Virus record (IMG/VR): IMGVR_UViG_3300020048_000068
Span: 1-64,000 of that record
Length of the DNA: 64,000 bases
DNA from: a virus
Strand: one strand, 5' to 3'
The notes under the pieces are model-generated. The model did not search any database and was not told where the DNA came from. It worked only from the letters and a program-made list of their open reading frames with translations. Shown here one piece after another: positions 60,735 to 64,000 of the stretch. The stretch's first letter is position 1; every line of letters begins with the position of its first letter. The position numbers and the translations under genes were made by a program.

Positions 60735-61619
60735 TTACCTAACGTAAGTGGTTTTATTACCGTAATTATAATAGTTGTTATCAAAGTAATTTTCATATCT
60801 ACTACTACCTTGTACAATATTACTATTATTTCTAACAAGTCTTTCCATTTCATCAAGAGTCTGAGGTATAATAGAAAGTGCTCTTGCTTGTTCTTTAAAC
60901 TTAATCCAATCTGCTTCTGACTTAATTAACCTAGAATCAGAACCCTGTACATGGTTATAAAATTCTTTATTACTTATTCTCCACATAACGTAACTTTCAA
61001 TTGCTTTCTGAAATACATAATGATCTGGTATCATAGGAAATCCAGTATCACTTGTTTTTCTCTGATAAAAAGCAACGTAGACTTGTCCTTCTATGAAATT
61101 AAATCGTAGAATAGATTCATCAACTATAGTATATTCAAAGTTATTTTTTTTATAAGGATTCTCTCTAACTTCAATAGGAGTAATCTCATCAAAGAAGGTA
61201 TTACCACTTAATCTAACTGGACTAAATCTTTCTTGTAATTTAGTTGAATTCCAAAAGGTAGATGAAAAGTAAACTTCCATATAAGGAATGACAGTAAGGT
61301 CTGTGCTTTGTACAATAAGATTACCTTCAGTATCATAGAACTTAATGTCATCCTGATTAGGTAATGTACTAATGCTATCTACATCAAAATGATTATTCCT
61401 TGCTATCTGTAATATAGATTCGCAGTTATTAGGTAATAGACACTGATGATTACTAACATTCATTATAGCAACCTTCTTATCAAATGCTATTGTACCAGCA
61501 ATTAAAGCATCAAGGGCTTCACCTACCCATTCAATGATATCACCTTCATCTAATTGCTTACCATAATCTCGATAGATCTTAGTAAGAATGCTTTCTATTG
61601 ATACGTATTTAAGATTCAT
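60735..61619 (-). CDS. tail tubular/ring protein (P22 gp4-like)
   Basis: IIEW.GEAL, G.PMIPD; position upstream of the stabilization gene as in crAss-like phages. Confidence 0.65.
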   Translation of the reverse strand: MNLKYVSIESILTKIYRDYGKQLDEGDIIEWVGEALDALIAGTIAFDKKVAIMNVSNHQCLLPNNCESILQIARNNHFDVDSISTLPNQDDIKFYDTEGNLIVQSTDLTVIPYMEVYFSSTFWNSTKLQERFSPVRLSGNTFFDEITPIEVRENPYKKNNFEYTIVDESILRFNFIEGQVYVAFYQRKTSDTGFPMIPDHYVFQKAIESYVMWRISNKEFYNHVQGSDSRLIKSEADWIKFKEQARALSIIPQTLDEMERLVRNNSNIVQGSSRYENYFDNNYYNYGNKTTYVR

Positions 61620-61630
61620 ATTAAAAATTA

Positions 61631-62092
61631 TTACCTTACTATAAATTCAGTTTCTTCTTTAAATATAATTTGTGCAAATCTTCTCTTTAATGCTCTTGCT
61701 GGAATAAAGAGATAAAAGTTTTTATTCTTAACTACACAATATCTTTTCTTCCAATAAAACTTATATCTAATCCCATAAGTATGTTCATTAAAATGATATA
61801 TAAATGTTTTGTTCTCATTAGCTATAGGATTATTCTTCCAATTCTTTTGAGTTTCTTTCCAATCAACAGATAGATTCTTTATGTTTCCATCTTCATCTAA
61901 TGTTGGCATAACTTTTTTACCTGCAAAATGTAAATCTCCTAATCCTTCAGGTAATCTTAATATCTTACCCTCTGCTAACTTTAGTATTATAAATTCTACA
62001 AATGAACATGTTAAATTCCTATATGTATGTATATCAACTGGTTCTTTAACACTAGTACAATACAATTTATAAGCATCACTAATACCTTTCAC
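61631..62092 (-). CDS. IHF/HU-like DNA-binding protein (crAss-type)
   Basis: G..LRLP.GLG.L, VDWKET, FNEHT, F.PAR..KR. Confidence 0.65.
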   Translation of the reverse strand: MKGISDAYKLYCTSVKEPVDIHTYRNLTCSFVEFIILKLAEGKILRLPEGLGDLHFAGKKVMPTLDEDGNIKNLSVDWKETQKNWKNNPIANENKTFIYHFNEHTYGIRYKFYWKKRYCVVKNKNFYLFIPARALKRRFAQIIFKEETEFIVR

Positions 62093-62725
62093 TTATGCAG
62101 TTTGTTCTTGTTGTTGAGATTGTGGTATCTTTTTACCAGATAATTCTTCTATAGTTAATGCTACAATACTATCTATCATTCTTGCATCTGCTATAAACCT
62201 TCTATCAAGGATTGGTATAGTACTTTCTTCTACAGTAGGGTCAGCAAATACTGCTGTAACTACTACATTAGTAAGTTTATCATTGTTCAATATATACAAA
62301 TAATTATTATAAATATAATAAAATACTTTTCTACGAGTATACTTGTTACCTATTATGTTTCTTTTTTGATCCCAAGTAGTTTTATAAAACGCATTCCTAC
62401 CACCAACATCACCTACTATTTTAATTAGAGGTCTATTAGCTTCGGTAACTATTTCTGGTATAGATAAAAGTGATTGTTTAACTGGAATCGCATATACTGA
62501 TGTATCAAAACCTTCATTACCATTAGTTAAAATAACATTAATAGATTGATAACACCAATCACTAATAACATTATTCCTACTTGCTTCTTGAGCAATAACT
62601 CTATTTCTAGAACTAATTAACTTATCAAATATCTGTCTATTATAAAGAAGTTTATTTGATTGAGTTACATTCTTTTCGTAGTATATTCTTTTTACCCTTT
62701 CAATAAGAGCACGATTAGTAATCAT
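62093..62725 (-). CDS. structural (tail ring-like) protein
   Basis: 210 aa, NKYT, YYIYNNYLYI, AVFADP; position in the structural block. Confidence 0.55.
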   Translation of the reverse strand: MITNRALIERVKRIYYEKNVTQSNKLLYNRQIFDKLISSRNRVIAQEASRNNVISDWCYQSINVILTNGNEGFDTSVYAIPVKQSLLSIPEIVTEANRPLIKIVGDVGGRNAFYKTTWDQKRNIIGNKYTRRKVFYYIYNNYLYILNNDKLTNVVVTAVFADPTVEESTIPILDRRFIADARMIDSIVALTIEELSGKKIPQSQQQEQTA

Positions 62726-62726
62726 A

Positions 62727-63017
62727 TTATTCTTTTATATAACCTATATTTAAAACATCAAGAATTGGTTTAATTAATTTATCATAAGCTATAATAGAAG
62801 CAAAGAAAGATGGAAATAAAGATTTACCTTCTGCCCAATTATATTTCAAAAATATACCTGCTACTAATAAACTAATAACTATGGTTATTGATTCTTTTAT
62901 TACTATAGCTAATGGTTTAGTTTTATCAAGATTATCAACAAACTTAATAATAAGATAAGTAAATAATACTGTACTACATATATAGTATAAGTCAAATATA
63001 TTTAATAATTGTTCCAT
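62727..63017 (-). CDS. small membrane protein, putative holin
   Basis: 96 aa with 2-3 hydrophobic helices and a charged tail. Confidence 0.5.
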   Translation of the reverse strand: MEQLLNIFDLYYICSTVLFTYLIIKFVDNLDKTKPLAIVIKESITIVISLLVAGIFLKYNWAEGKSLFPSFFASIIAYDKLIKPILDVLNIGYIKE

Positions 63018-63038
63018 AGGTATCTATTTAATATTTGT

Positions 63039-63764
63039 TTATGTACTTAAGGATTGATAGTATCTGATATGTTGACTAAAATCAAGTGTAGGTAATCTTT
63101 CAAAAGAACTATCTTCTTTTAACCAAATTATTTCTCTGTCTATTACTTTTAAGTCTATATCTTCTAATGGTATTTGATAATAAGATAACTGTAATTGATA
63201 TTTATTAAAGTTATTATCTAATAGAAAATCAAATGGTTTTAGTAACTTTTGATTTCTAAAATTCTTATATAAGTCACCATTAGTTTTAAAGTCGGCAACT
63301 ATCAAACCTTTTCTCTTTACGTCATACAATAGTAAATCAAATGTACCAGCATATGCAAGAAGTTCACTACAAATACGAGTTTCACAAAGTACAGGAATAA
63401 GATTTTTATCCTTATCTATACTATCCCAATAATTCATTACTGCTTCTTCTAATCCTATAGTAGGAGTAATTTCTTTATTGTAAAACCTTCTTTCTGCAAA
63501 GTCATGTACTCTTGTACCTAAATCACAGGAAGTATTTTTCTTATCTTCCCATTGTTTAAGTACATCTTCTTGTTTTAATTTATTCTTCTTAGCGTATGCT
63601 TCTGATATCTTATTACTATCAAAAGATGTCTTGTAATTGTCTAAACAATTAGATACACACTTTAGATTTTTACCATTGATATCATAAGTATGATTATCTT
63701 TTAAGAAATTTAAATGTCTAAAAGTTAATAGTATTTTCTTTCTAATTTCTTCTACTTCTTTCAT
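63039..63764 (-). CDS. PD-(D/E)XK exonuclease
   Basis: H.Y, GTRVH, E, AGTFDLL, ADFKT, YQLQLSYY. Confidence 0.85.
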   Translation of the reverse strand: MKEVEEIRKKILLTFRHLNFLKDNHTYDINGKNLKCVSNCLDNYKTSFDSNKISEAYAKKNKLKQEDVLKQWEDKKNTSCDLGTRVHDFAERRFYNKEITPTIGLEEAVMNYWDSIDKDKNLIPVLCETRICSELLAYAGTFDLLLYDVKRKGLIVADFKTNGDLYKNFRNQKLLKPFDFLLDNNFNKYQLQLSYYQIPLEDIDLKVIDREIIWLKEDSSFERLPTLDFSQHIRYYQSLST

Positions 63765-63820
63765 GTTAGTTTGTTAAATTAATGATGCATTAATATATAA
63801 CAAATTAACATGAAATCATA

Positions 63821-64000
63821 TTATCTATCTTGTTTTTTATTTAACATGTCTGAGATAGTATCTAGTTTATCATATATTCTTTCTGCTACACGATTGAAAT
63901 CATCTTTACGTATATAATCATTAGCAACTTCAATACGAAAGGTAGCTATATCAGTAGTTAAATCTCTTGTTGCTGCCCAAACAGTTTTACCAAACCATCC
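63821..64000 (-). CDS. partial small coiled-coil protein (5' end outside the window)
   Basis: Open frame GWFGKTVW...YIRKDDF...KLD...KKQDR*. Confidence 0.6.
   Translation of the reverse strand, partial: GWFGKTVWAATRDLTTDIATFRIEVANDYIRKDDFNRVAERIYDKLDTISDMLNKKQDR

Noticed and set aside
1-64000. Stop-codon reassignment (TAG/TGA), common in some crAss-like phages
   Set aside because: Genes up to 12 kb are open in the standard code with dense packing; the polB and nrdJ breaks are explained by introns.
1-64000. tRNA genes, CRISPR arrays, integrase, DGR reverse transcriptase
   Set aside because: No cloverleaf, repeat-spacer array, recombinase or RT motifs recognised by eye; a tRNAscan or HMM run would be needed to exclude them formally.

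Overview
This window is a very AT-rich segment of a crAss-like (Crassvirales-type) podophage genome in the standard genetic code. The host is most likely Bacteroidota, based on an exact TTTG-N20-TAnnTTTG promoter and mostly SD-less, A-rich leaders. It has two convergent blocks meeting at an 18-bp hairpin (28979-29020). The + strand block (1-29000) covers replication and nucleotide metabolism: family B DNA polymerase split by a group I intron with a GIY-YIG endonuclease, SF2 helicase, DnaB-like helicase, AAA ATPase, primase, ThyX, RNA ligase, class II RNR split by a second group I intron with a LAGLIDADG endonuclease, a free-standing GIY-YIG endonuclease and dUTPase. The - strand block (29048-64000) holds giant ejected/cargo proteins including a 4125-aa virion RNA polymerase (DFDVD motif), a ferritin, tail genes, an IHF-like gene and a nuclease. 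The most notable candidate system is a compact cluster at 11284-15684 that looks like a complete phage-encoded ubiquitin-like conjugation pathway: Ubl precursor (..KSG77 plus extension), E2-like protein, JAB/MPN peptidase, ThiF/E1 and an unknown fifth gene. Other highlights are an orphan DGR-type variable region, a displaced duplicate RNR C-terminus behind a homing endonuclease, recurring Y-x-x-GG motifs punctuating a cargo polyprotein, an 11-aa microORF and a tail muzzle gene apparently split in three. All calls come from reading motifs by eye; no database searches were run.
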